DNA from: Squalus acanthias
Taxonomy: Eukaryota
Direction of reading: 5' to 3'
DNA length: 64,000 nucleotides
NCBI GenBank assembly: GCA_030390025.1
Contig: JASTWF010000034.1
Span: 1,550,001-1,614,000, forward strand
Shown here: positions 22,615-34,986 of the stretch, one piece after another
Layout of the letters: every line of letters begins with the position of its first letter
Position numbering within the stretch: position 1 is the stretch's first letter
Translations under genes and position numbers: made by a program
The notes under the pieces: model-generated
What the model saw: the letters and a program-made list of their open reading frames with translations, nothing else
Databases searched by the model: none
What the model was told of the DNA's origin: nothing

Positions 22615-23980
22615 TGTCGCCCGCACAAAGATGTCGGCTCTGGGGCCCAGCACGAAAATGGCGGCTCCGGTGCCCGTACAAAGATGGCGGCACCCGCGTC
22701 CCGCACAAAGATGGTGGCACTGGGGAAACGCACAAAGATGGTGGCTTCGGGGCCCGTCCAAAAATGGCGGCAGACGCGTCCCGCACAAAGATGGCTGCTC
22801 CGGTGCCCGTCTCAAATTTGGCGGCTCCGGGGCCCATCACAAAAATGGCGGCTCCCGCGTCCCGCACGAAGATGGCGGCATCCGCACCCAGTACAAATAT
22901 GGCGGCTCGGGGGCACCGTACAAAGATGGCGGCATCCGCGTGCCGCACAAGGATGGCGGTTCTGGGGCATCGCACAAAGTGGGTGGCACCCGGGCCCAGC
23001 ACAAAGATGGCGGCTCTAGGGACTCCGCACAATGATGGCGGATTTGGGGACTCACAAAGATGTCAGATCTGGGGATCCGCACAATGATGGCGGATCTGGG
23101 GACCCGCACAAAGATGGCGGATTTGGGGACACGCACAAAGATGGCGTCTCTGGCGCCCCGCACAAAAATGGCAGCTCTGGGAAACCGCGCAATGATGGCG
23201 GCTTTGGGGCCCCACAAAACATGGTGGCACCCGCGCTCCTCACAAAGATGTAGGCACTGGGGCCCAGCACAAATATGTCGGTACCCGTGCCCCGAACAAA
23301 CATGGCGGCTCTGCGGCCTCGTCCAAAGATTGTGGCACTCGCGCCCCGCACAAAAATGGCGGCTCTGTGACCGAGCACAAATATGGCAAAACCCGAGCGC
23401 AGCACAAATATGGCGTCACCTTGGCCCAGCACAAAGATTGCGGCAACCGCGCACCGCACAACGATGGCAGCACCCTCGCCCAGCACAAAGATGGCGGCTC
23501 TGGAGCCCTGCACAAAGATGATGGCCCTGGGGACACGCAGAACGATGGCGGATCTGGGGACCGCACAAAAATGGCCGCATACGCACCCCGCCCAAAGTTG
23601 GCTGCACAGGCGCCCCGCGCAAAGATGGCGTCTCTGGCGCCCCGCCCAAAGATGGTGGTACAGGCGTTCAGCACAAAGATGGCGGCTCTGGCGCCCCGCA
23701 AAAAATAATGCAGTCTCTGCCCCCCCCCCACCCCACAACGCCCAGTACAATGATGGCGGCACTGGGTCATCGCACAAAGATGGCAGCTCCGGCGCCCCTC
23801 ACAAAGATGGCGGCTCTGGGGTGCTGCACATAGATGGCGGCGCTGGGGCTCTGCACAAAGATAGCTGCGCTGGGGCTCCGCACAATGATGACGTCTCTGG
23901 GGCCTCACACAAAGTTGGCGGCTCCTGGGATCCGCTCAAATTTGGCGGCTCTGGGGCCCTGCACAAAGATGGCGGCTCTC
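22615..23980. repeat. CpG-rich minisatellite, 27-28-bp unit gcacaaagatggcggctctggggcccc, about 50 copies
   Basis: Directly visible; gives 9-aa periodic pseudo-ORFs (HKDGGSGAP). Confidence 0.95.
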
Positions 23981-24295
23981 ACTCGGGGAATTTCCCCGGC
24001 GGCGGGCGGCGAATGTTCGGAGGGCGGCAGCAGTTGTAGGCTCGGTTAAAGTGAGAGCGGTCGGCGAGGTGGAGCAGCCCGGGTCCGCCCAGTCCACAGG
24101 GGCCCGAGCAACCCAGCCCGGGGAGGAGGAGGCCCGGCACAAGGACTTTATTAATCATTATAACCCTTTATAATGCTTTAAAATCACTACACCACTTTAC
24201 AGTTCTTTTATAACCCTTTATAAATGATTTTGAATATTAATAAAACATTATGAGGCTTTATAAATCATTATGACACTTAATAAATCATTTTTAAA

Positions 24296-24706
24296 ATTCA
24301 TTCCTGTAATGTGGGCGTCGCTGCCAAGGCCAACATTCTATTGCCCATCCCTAATTGCCCTTGAGAAGGGGGTGGTGAGCCGCCTGAGGCAAGCGAGTGT
24401 CTTGTGGGCCATTTCAGAGACCAGTTAAGAGTCAACCACATTGCAGTGGGTCTGGAGTCACATTTCAGCCAGACCAGGTGAGGACGGCAGATTTCCTTCC
24501 CGAAAGCCCATTAGTGAACCAGATAGGTTTTTTACGAAAATCTGGTACTTTCATGCTCACTGTTACATGACACTAGCTTTTTATTCCAGATTTGTTTCAT
24601 TGATTGAATTTAAATTCCCCAGCTGCTGGGAATATGAACTCTGGATCATTTGTCCAGGAATCTGATTTACTAGTCCAGTAACATAACCACTATGCTACCG
24701 TACCCT
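24296..24706 (-). mobile_element. HE1-like tRNA-derived SINE
   Basis: The reverse complement starts gggtacggtagcatagtggttatgttactggactag (A box), has gagttcatattccc (B-box-like) and ends gggcaattagggatgggcaata...gaatgaat. Family name is from recollection of elasmobranch HE1, not from a search. Partial mirror copy at about 58238-58490. Confidence 0.7.
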
Positions 24707-24709
24707 TCA

Positions 24710-24920
24710 AATATATCGCCGTTCCTTCATCGTCATTTGTCAAAAGCCTGAAAATGCTTCTGTACCAGTATTGTGGAAGCACCTTCACCACACGGACTGC
24801 AGCGGCTCAAGATGAAGGCCCACCATTTGCACATGGGTAACTCGGGATGGGCAAGTGATATCGGCCTTGACAGCGTTACCCATATCCTGAGAACAAATGC
24901 ATAGAAATAATAAAATAGGA
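24710..24920 (+). mobile_element. HER1-type LINE 3' end
   Basis: ccttcaccacacggactgcagcggctcaag...gggatgggca matches 57165-57240. Confidence 0.7.
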
Positions 24921-25164
24921 TTAAATTCAATGATTTTATAATTCATTGATTTAAACCAGGCGAGGCCTGTGATCAGAGCGGGGCGTCAAGTACGCTAAAC
25001 AAATTGTCAACACCACTTGGATCACTAATTTTATGGTTGTATGATTGATACTACTCATATTTTCCCAATTTCCCTCTCCTTAGAAAAGGTGCTTGATAAA
25101 GTATCACATATTACCAAAATTGAAGCCCATTGGATTAAAGTGGCAGTGACAACATTGAGTGTCA

Positions 25165-26500
25165 TGGGATATATCAGTATGTAAGAGAGGATTAAAATGT
25201 GGGGGATATCAGAGTGCTACAGTGAGGGGGTTGGTATATATCAGAGTGTTACAGTGAGGCGTATGGGGTTTATCAGCATGTTGCGGTGAGCTGTGTGGGG
25301 TATGTCAGTGTTACAGTGAATGGTGTGGGATATATCAGAGTGTTACAGTGAGGGGTGTGGGGTATATCAGCGTGTTACAATGAGGGATGTGGGATATATC
25401 AGTGTGTTACAGCGCGGGGTGCGCCGTATCTCAGAGTGTTAAAGTGCGGTGAGTAGGGTATATCGGTCTGTTACAGTGAGAGGTTTGGAATATGTAAGAA
25501 ATGATTAAAATGAGGGGTAAATCAGAGTGTTAAAGTGAATGCTGTGAGCTATATAAGAGTGTCACAGTGAGGGGTGTGGGATATATCAGAGTATTATAGT
25601 GAGAGGTGTGGGGTATTTCAGTGTGTTACAGTGAGGGGTGTGGGGTATATCAGAGTATTACAGTGAGGGGTGTGGGGTATATCAGAGTGTTACAGTGAGG
25701 GGTGTGAGGTATATCAGAGTGTTACAGTGAGGGGTGTGGGGTATATCAGAGTATTACAGTGAGGGGTGTGGGGTATATCAGAGTATTACAGTGAGGGGTG
25801 TGGGGTATATCAGAAAGTGTTACAGTGAGGGGTGTGAGGTATATCAGAGTGTTACAGTGAGGGGTGTGGGGTATATCAGTGTTACAGTGAGGGGTGTGGG
25901 GTATATCACAGTGTTACAGTGAGGGGTGTGGGGTTTATCAGCGTGTTGCAGTGAGAGGTGTGGGATTTATCAGAGTGTTATAGTGAGGGGTGTGGCATAT
26001 ATCAGACTGTTACAGTGAGGGGTGTGGGGTATATCAGAGAGTGTTACAGTGAGGGGTGTGTGGTATATCAAACTATTACAGTGAGGGGTGTGGGGTTTAT
26101 CAGCGTGTTGCAGTGAGAGGTGTGGGATTTATCAGAGTGTTGAAGTGAGAGGTGTGGGATTTATCAGAGTGTTACAGTGAGGGCTGTTCGGTATCTCAGT
26201 GTGTTACAATAAGGTGCGTGGGTTATATCAGTGTGTTACATTGAGGGAATTGGGGTATATCAGAGTGTTAAAGTGAATGGCATGGGGTATATCACAGTGT
26301 TACATTGAGGGGTGTGGGGTATATCAGAGTGTTAAAGTAAGGTGAGTGGGGTATATCGGTCTGTTACCGTGAGAGGTTTGGAATATGCAAGAAAGGATTA
26401 AAGTGAGCGGTACATCAGAGTGTTAAAGTGAATGGTGTGGGGTATATCACAGTGTTACATTGAGGGGTGTGGGGTATATCAGAGTGTTACAGTGAGGTGA
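25165..26500. repeat. Minisatellite, 32-bp unit atcagagtgttacagtgaggggtgtggggtat, about 40 copies
   Basis: Directly visible; homogeneous core at about 25560-26200 with diverged edges. Confidence 0.95.
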
Positions 26501-26539
26501 GTGGTCCATTACTCTGTATCTAACCCACGTGTACCTGCC

Positions 26540-26676
26540 TGTTCCAATGAAAGGTCAACGACCTGAACCGTTAACTCTGTTTCTCTCTCTACAGAAGCTG
26601 CCTGACCTGCTGGGTATTTCCAGCATTTTGTGTTTTTACTTCAGATTTCCAGCATCCACAGTATTTTGCTTTTGTG
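26540..26676 (+). mobile_element. Solo Penelope-type terminal repeat with a decayed hammerhead motif
   Basis: aaggtcaacgacctgaaccgttaactctgtttctctctct...gctgcctgacctgctgggtatttccagcattttg matches the termini of the 34987-37577 element. Confidence 0.75.
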
Positions 26677-26720
26677 CGTCTGCCTGGAATTGTGTGAATG
26701 GACAGGATTGAGGGCCCTTT

Positions 26721-27545
26721 AAGAACATAAGAACATAAGAACATAAGAAATAGGAGCGCAGTATGCCATTTGGCCCTTCGAGCCTGCTCCGCCATTCAAT
26801 ATGATTATGGCTGTTCTTCTACCTCAACTCCAGTTTCCTGCACTATTCCCATATCCCTTGTTTCCTTCAATATTCAAAATTCCATGGAGCTCTGTCTTGA
26901 ATATACTCAACGACTAAGCGTCCACAACCCTCTGGACTAAAGAATTCCAAAGATTCACCACCCTCTGAGTGAAGAAATGTCTCCTCATCTCAGTCCTAAA
27001 TATCCGACCCTTATTCTGAGACTGTGACTCCTGGTTGTAGAATCCCCAGCCAGGGGAAACATCCTCCTTGCATCTATACCTGTCAAGCCCTGTAAGAATT
27101 TTGCTTTTTTTCAATGAGATCACCTCTCATTCTTCTAAATTCTCGGGAATATAGGCCTAGTCTACTCAATCTCTCCTCATAGGACAATCCCCCCCATCCC
27201 AGGAACCAGTCCGGTGAACCTGCGTTGCACTCGCTCTTTGGCAATTATATCCTTCCTTCGGTAAGGAGACCAAAACTATACACAGTACTAAAGGTGTGGT
27301 CTCACCAGGGCCTTATATAATTGCAGTAAGACGTCTTTACTCTTATACTCAAATCCTCTTGGAATGAAGGCCAACATACCATTTGCTTGCCTAATTGTTT
27401 GCTTTACCTGCAGGTTAGCGTTCAGTGATTCGTGTAGAAGGACACCCAGGTCCCTCTCAACACCAACATTTCATATTCTCTAACCATTTAAAAAATACTC
27501 TGCTTTTCTATTTTTCCTACCAAAGTGGATAACTTCATATTCAAA
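26721..27545 (-). mobile_element. CR1 LINE 3' fragment
   Basis: aagaacat-repeat tail at 26721-26750 and FRTEMRRHFFTQRVVNLWNSL. Mirror remnant at 57850-58235. Confidence 0.85.
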
Positions 27546-29532
27546 CCACATGTTTCGTCCACGTAAGATATTAGAATATTAATCACAATGCAACCAGACA
27601 ATCAACAAATATAAAGTGCTGTAGTTCTTTAATTCGCAGTATTAAAAAGAACTGAACAAAATGGGTATCCGTATTTTCAACTTCAATCACTTCCATTAAT
27701 AAATGTTGCATTCTTGAACTAGCACTCCAACCATGTAACATGTCAGAAATGCAGCACTTAAATCCCAAGTGTAGAAAAACACATACAGAGTTTGTGTCAC
27801 TGAATTAAAAACAAAAAGCAGGAAAAGCTATGATTTAACAGAAATAAACATTTGTCTTTCTTCCTGGACAGGAGAACCAGTCAGACTGACTTGGAAATGT
27901 TTACTCATATGTTGACGTGAAGATTTATAATTTACCAATTTAACTTCTAATGTTTTTCTCTCAAACATTCTCCACAATATTAATCCCTGCTCTTATCACG
28001 AAAAGTGATGAATTGTTTTAGCTAATTCGCAATTAAAAGCGGGAAACAAACGACATTGTACTCTCAATTTTTAATCTCCTATTTCAAACATTCAAACCAA
28101 ATCGAATTGTACGTTATCAGTTTAATCAAAGCATTTTCTGTGTCTTTCTCAATAAACAAAGAGTGGTTTCTTCTAAAGTAGCTTCCTGCAATTTTTATAC
28201 ATCATTACATAACTCTTGTTTCTATTAACACTCCACTAAATGTTTAAGAAGAAATCTATATTTACATTAATCCTGCGACTTGCTAGGACTATGGAACACA
28301 GAAAAAATAAAATGGTTTGTGTTTTTCCCATTTTTGGTTCTCTTCCTAAATGTCTTAATGGTATATTTTTAAAAAGTCATTAAAAATTAATATGTAACTC
28401 CTACAAATCCTCCCCTGCCCTCCCCAGCCTCAACACCATAGTTGCATGTATGTGTAAAGCTACTCACTTCACTTGATCACTCAAACTCTAATATTGAGAA
28501 ACTTCAATTTTAAAAATTTTAAGCATTTCAGAGCCTCTTTGAATGCGTTTGGACTTCAAGAGCTGGTTGAAATTTGTTTAGGTGAGGGGAAAATTGGCTT
28601 TTGCTTCAGTATCTTCCAAAATCATATTCGAAACTTAGGGGGAAAAAGTGTTTTAATACACATTTTTTGTGAAAAGTTCGTTAAAAATCTTTAAACTCTT
28701 TCAAGTTTAATTGCAGCTTTGGCAGAAGAAGTTGCTCCAAGTTTCTCTTTCCCCCTTCAATGCTGTCGTTAAACATACGACAAAATATAATAAAATAAAG
28801 TCTGATTCCAAACGGAGCACAAATCAGAAAGTGAATAAAGTGATTAAACTTCCCAAGAAGGTGGTGAGGTTATCTCTCCCCAGACTTGGCGATGAGTTGG
28901 GAGCAATTTTTGGAGATGTTGTTTCCTGTTTTTCTGCTGCCGTCCCTCCGTCTCTCAGGCTCTGAGGTACAAACGGGGGCACAAACGTTTTCCCCTCTCT
29001 CGCAACATGAATTAAATAACCCTGATAAACTTTTCAAAAAGGGGACGAGCCCTGGCAAAATTGAACTGGAACTTACCACGAAATATTCAGCATCACTTTC
29101 CCATGTCCCTTTCCGGCTTTAAATAATTTTCTGAATTAAAAAAAAAATTCTCATACTTTTGTTTCACCGCGGTGTTAAAACAATGTTTGCTTTCACCTCC
29201 TTCCAGCGGCCACTATATACGCGCTGCACCTCCGCCTGTGTTGTTGCAAATTAAGGCCGCCGGTCAGTTCCCAGGAACGGACTACACGCGTCTCCGCGGA
29301 AAAAGTACTGAAACAATCCAGAGGCAACGCTCGCCGGTTTCCAGGACTCCGTATCTCAGCAAATGTTGTTCCAATTCGGATCGGCTCTGTGAGTTCACAA
29401 ACGGCTCTGTGAGGATTCGCGGGTCATTGGGTATTAGGCCTCTCTGCCCGCTCCTGCTCACTGCGCCGCCTGTGAATTTCAGTGCGCGGGACCTTACAGA
29501 TCGCCGTGCACCCACGCACCTTACAGGGAACA

Positions 29533-29700
29533 TTGCTCAGCAGGTCAGGCAGCATCTGTTGTGGGAGAAACAGAGTTAATGTTTCAGGTCGATGGCATTT
29601 CATCAGAACTGGGAAATTTATGATGTAACAGATTTTAAGCAAGGACAGAGGCAGGGAAAGGGTTGAATGGAAGGAAAGAACAAAAGGGAAGGTCTGTGTT
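29533..29700 (-). mobile_element. Solo Penelope-type terminal repeat with a hammerhead-like motif (29574-29610)
   Basis: ctcagcaggtcaggcagcatctg...gagttaatgtttcaggtcgatggcatttcatcagaact. Same ancestral insertion as 54895-55040. Confidence 0.75.
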
Positions 29701-30600
29701 GTACCTGTCCTGGGTGTATTTGGCGGGATTGGGTAGCAGGAGCTTTACTCGTGATGTACTTACCTTGGGAGAATTTGCTGGCACAGTGCAGAGGGATATT
29801 TACCCAATACCTAACAGGTGCTGCACCTGCTGTGGAAATGTTTGATGAGTCAGTGTAGAAGTAGATTTAACCTGTATCTAACCCATGCTGTACTTGCTCT
29901 TGGAGTATTTGATGGGGCAGTGTAGAGGGAGCTTTAAGCTGTATCTAACCCATGCTGTACCTGCTCTTGGAGTATTTGATGGGGCAGTGTAGAAGGAACT
30001 TTAATCTATTACATTACATAGTATTTACAGCACAGACACAGGCCATTCGGCCCAACAGGTCCATGCCGGTGTTTATGCTCCACACGAGCCTCCTCCCACC
30101 CTACTTCATCGCACATCCTTCTATTCCTTTCTCCCTCATGTAGATATCCAGCTTCCCCTAAAATGCTTCTATGTTATTCGCATCAATTACTCCATGCGGT
30201 AGCGAGTTCCACATTCTCACTACTCTCTGGGTAAAGATGTTTCTCCTGAATTCCTTGTTGGATTTATTAGTGACCAACTTATATTGATGGCCATTAAATC
30301 ATCAAAGCCCTGTACCTGCCCTGGGAGTGTTTGATGGGACAGTGCAGAGTGAGTTTTACTCTTTATCTAACTGGTGTTATACCTGACCTGTTTGATGTGT
30401 GTTTGATGGGGACAGTAAAGAGCGAGATTCACTCGGTATCTATCGCGTGCTGTACCTGCCCTTGGAGTGTTCAATAGGTCTGTGTAGAGCAAGCTTTACC
30501 CTTTATCTAACCGGTGCTGTAGCTGACCTTGGAGTGTTCGATGGAGCATTGTAGAGGGAGTTTTACTCTGTACCTAACCCGTGGTTTACCTGCCTGTGAG
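29700..30600. repeat. Degenerate tandem repeat of about 65 bp (tgtacctgccctgggagtgtttgatgggacagtgtagagggagctttactctgtatctaacccgtgc), interrupted by a CR1 3' fragment at about 30010-30300
   Basis: Recurring unit visible; mirror copies at 53880-53985 and 54760-54890. Confidence 0.8.
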
Positions 30601-30789
30601 TGTTATCCCATCCCCCGGCTGTTACCCTACTCCGGCTCTTAGACCCCCTGCCCCGCCGTTTATCTCCCCCCTTGGTTTTATTCCCCCATTTCTAACTCCC
30701 CCGCTTCCTCTGAACTGCTCCTTTTAATCCCCCCTGTTAATTCCTCCCCTCCGCATTCTAATTCGCCCCCGTTTATGTCCATCCCCACT

Positions 30790-31760
30790 GTATAATACCC
30801 CCTGTATATTACGCCCTGTATAATGCACGTGCAATACTTTCTTCCAACTCCCTGTTTAATACCCCTGTATACTATACCGCTGTGACACGCCCCCTGTATA
30901 CTAGACTCCTGTGACACCCCCCTGTATACTATACCACTGTGACCCACCCCTGTATACTATACCCATGTGACACCTCCCTGTATACTACACGCCCATAACA
31001 CCCCCCTGTATACTATACCACCGTGATACCCCCTGTATAATATTCCCCTGTGACTCCACCCAGTAAACAATACCACTGTGGCACCCCCTGCATGCGATAC
31101 CCCTGTGACATCTCCATGTATACTATATTACCGTGACACCTCCCCTGTATACTATACCACCCTGACAACCCCCTGTACAGTATAACCACGTGAGACCCCA
31201 CTGTATACTATACCATTGTGACACCCCCCTGTATAATAAACACCTGACACACCCCCTGTATACTATACCACTGTGACACGCCCCTGTATTATATACCCCT
31301 GCGACAACCCACCTGTATACTATACCTCTGGGACACCCCCATGTACACTATACCACTGTAACACATCACTGTATACTATTCCCCTGTGACACCCTCTGTA
31401 TAATATATCTTTGTGACACCCCCCTGTATACTGTACCCCTGTGACACCCCCTGTAAACTATACCATTGTGACACCCCTTGTATAATATACCGCTGTGACA
31501 CCCCCCTGTATAATATACCCCTGTGACACACCCCTGTATACTATAACCCTGTGACATCACCTGTATAATATACCCCTGTGACACCCCCTTGTATACTATA
31601 CCCCTGTGAACCGCCTCCTGTATATTATACCCTTGCGACACACCGACTGTATACTATACCGCTGTATAATACCACTGTATATTATACCGCTGTGACATCC
31701 CCCTGTATACTCTACCCCTGTGGCACCACGCCCCCTGTATACTATACCACTGTTATTCTT
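30790..31760. repeat. Minisatellite, about 28-30-bp unit ccccctgtatactataccactgtgacac
   Basis: Directly visible degenerate tandem array. Confidence 0.9.
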
Positions 31761-32269
31761 CCACCATCTGCCCCCTGGTATACTACACCGCATTAAACTC
31801 CCTCCACCCCCACCCCCATAATACTGCTGCATACTACATCACCTCGTGAAGCTCCCCATATGAAACTCCCCATTTGGTCTCCATCTATAATTTGTCCAGC
31901 TTCGAAATGCCACGTTTAAGCCCCCTGTAAATTCCACCCACCTGTATAATTCCCCTCGCTTATCTCCTCCCCCCACCCTGTATAATTGATCCTAGCTCGC
32001 TGTACACTTCGCCCTGAATATCTCTCCCTCTGTGAAACTCGTTCCTCCCTCCCCCTTGGCGAAAGTCCACATCCACCCGGTATAAGACCTCCATATATCT
32101 CAATCCATGTATAATCCCCCCCCCGCGCCCTATCAATCTCCCTCCCCCTGCTGGTGAAACCCCATTTTGCCCCTTGTGTGACTCATTTAACTGGTGTGGC
32201 TTGAAATCCCGACCTTCGTTAATTTGGTTTAATTCATGTCCAGACAATCACAAACTCTGTAAAATACTC

Positions 32270-32605
32270 CCTCGCACGAAGCATAAAATGTGTCCCCCCC
32301 CCTCCACCCACCAAAGACAAATTGGGTGCCCGCACCCCCGCACCAAGCACAAAATGTCTTCACCCCCCCCCCTCGGCGCCAAAGACAAAATTGTTTCACC
32401 CCCACCACCCCCCCGGCACCAGCACCAAAGACAAAATGGGTGCAACCCCGCACCAAGCACAAAATGGCTTCACCCCCCCTGCACCGAAGACAAAATGGGT
32501 GACCCCCCCGCACCAAACACAAAATGGGTGCCCCCACCCCCCACACCAAGCACACAATGGGTGCCCCCCCCCCCCACGCACCAAGCACAAAATGGCTGCA
32601 CCCGC
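32270..32605. repeat. Short minisatellite, about 30-bp unit gcaccaagcacaaaatgggtgc(C)n
   Basis: About 11 visible units. Confidence 0.85.
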
Positions 32606-33734
32606 TAACTCAGTGGCTGTATAATGAGTGACTGGAACCCAATTGGAGAGAGATTAAGATGCCTGTGCATACAGGAGAAGAGAGACTGTAATGGGGAGTG
32701 TGGGGTTGGGGGAGATTAGAGATCAGAGGGGAAAATATGGAGCAAGAGATGGAGACATGCAGAGACTGAATCGCATTCCCAACCTTTTGCGCATAGCACG
32801 ATCCCAGCTCCAGACGTATCCCTCACTGCAGAAAAGTGTTCCCACCCCTTACCCCCATCAGTGTACAAGGAATCAAAACCTGAGCTGGGTGTCCCTTACC
32901 CCTGAACAGAGAAAAGACATAGAAACATTGGCGGACGTAGGACTCCATTTACCCACAGGAGTGAGACAGAGACAGTGAGGGAGCAGCGACATAGAGAGGG
33001 AAAAAAACAGTGGCTTTGATTTTGACTTGGCGCTATAGATCAAACCGGGTGATTGTGAACCAGCAGCCCGTTTCACATCTCTCCCTATTTTTACATCGAT
33101 AGAAATAAACCTCGGGAGAGATGTAATGCAGGATGCCGGTTCATTATCACTAGGTTCACACTGTGGCACCAAGTCAACATCTAGCCCAGTGAGAGGCACT
33201 GAGGAGCAGAAAACAGAGATACCGAAAGAAAGAAGGACATGGGGCAGAACTAAGTGAGAGAGGGAGCTAGATAGGGAATAATAGATAAAGACAGGGAGCC
33301 AGAGCCAGTGAGAGGAACAGAGACCAGAAGACAGAGAAACTGAGATTCAAAAAAGAAAGAAGGTTCGAAAGAGATAGGCAGATAGACAAAAAGAGAGAGA
33401 GAGAGTTGCAGAGAGAGTTAGGGAGAGAGATGCAGAAATAGAGAGTTGGAGATATAGAGAAAGACAGAAAGAGTGATGCAGATACAGAGAAAGAGATGGA
33501 GAGGCTGAGATATAAAGAAAAATGTACAGATACAGAGGTGTGACTAGAGAGGGTGGGAGATGGATAGTGGGATATACAGCTTACATTGGGCGATCCAGAG
33601 AACTCCAGTGGAAATTCAACCCCCAATGTGTCTACAGGGACAGGTGCCTCTGACTGTACGGCCTGCATGTGTCTTTGTCACTGGTCCCAGACTGTAAGGG
33701 ACAGAGAGATGGAGAAATCGGTACAGAGATAGGG

Positions 33735-34250
33735 AATCATACATATTTCCGGCACAGAAGGAGGACATTTGGCCCACCGTGTCTGTGCCGACCGATTTAT
33801 AAAGATATGCAGCCTAATCCCACTTCCCTGCTCTTGGTGCGTCGCCTTATAGGTTACGGCACTTCAAGTGCATATATGTCCCCTTGTTATTGACATCACT
33901 GCTGAGGGAAATCAATCCTTTCCATCCACTCTAACTAGGCCCATCATAATGTTATGCATCTCTTCTTAGTCCCCCTCAGTCTCCCCTATTCCAAAGAAAG
34001 CAAACCCAGCCTATCCAACCTTTCCTCATAGCTAAAATTCTCCAGTCCCAGCAACATCTCTGTGAATCTCCACTGTATCCTCTCTAGTGCAATCACATAT
34101 TTCCTGTAATGTGGCCAGAACTGCACACAGTACTCTAGCTGTGGCCTAATTAGTGTTTGATACAATTCTAGCATAACCTCCCTCCTCTTGTATTCTATAT
34201 TCCTCGGCTAATAAAGGAAAGTATATTGTATGCCATCTTAAGCGCCTTTT
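33735..34250 (-). mobile_element. CR1 LINE 3' fragment
   Basis: LELYQTLIRPQLEYCVQFWP...LERIQWRFT...YEERLDRLGL. Confidence 0.85.
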
Positions 34251-34986
34251 CCACAGTGGTAGAGAGAGAGAGGGAGGGGAAGAAAGATGTAAACGTTACA
34301 TTGGGCGATTGGGGGAGCAAGCGATGGAAATGAATCCCGGTGTGTTAGACAGACACATTGGGGACAGCCTGTACTGAGGGGCCTCAGTTACTCCCCTCTG
34401 AAGGAAGCTTTTCTCCAAGGATTCCACATCCTAAGACACTCTCTCTCTGCATCGTCACCTTGCAGCTTCCATTGAAATTCTACTCGGGGGAGAGAGAGAA
34501 ATTGAAATTGATTAAAACAAAGCAAGCAATGAATTAAAAAATAAACTACATAGCAAGAGCCCAGGCCCCTTCACTCTCGCTGGCTCAGGTCCAGGGACAA
34601 TCTCTCAGCAACAGGTATATCCCAGTTATAAACTCAGAGAATGTCAAGAGGAACAAGATTGACGAGCGGTGTTGAGGACACACAAACACACAGGCAGAAC
34701 AAGGCTTGAAGTGTGTTCGCGTCCCCAGGAGAAAGGGTGTGGGTATTGGGACTGGGACCCACCCTCCCTCGCTCCCAGCTCAGCAGTTTGTAGACTGGGC
34801 TGGAGAAAATCCCTCGGGCCCTTGAGAAGTGTCTCTCTGCCCGGTTTCTGTTCATTGACATGTTAATCCAGCGCACCTTTCTGATTCAGCATTGTCCGTT
34901 GATATATTAATCCCTTAATAGCCCAGGGCAGCACTGCACTGACACGTTAAACAGAATGGTTTGACCAGGACACCTTTCTGATTCTG

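Noticed and set aside
22401..24049. Many overlapping ORFs on both strands
   Set aside because: Products of the GC-rich 27-bp tandem repeat.
24640..24706. tRNA gene
   Set aside because: The A/B-box-like head continues into a SINE body and LINE-derived tail; no full cloverleaf.
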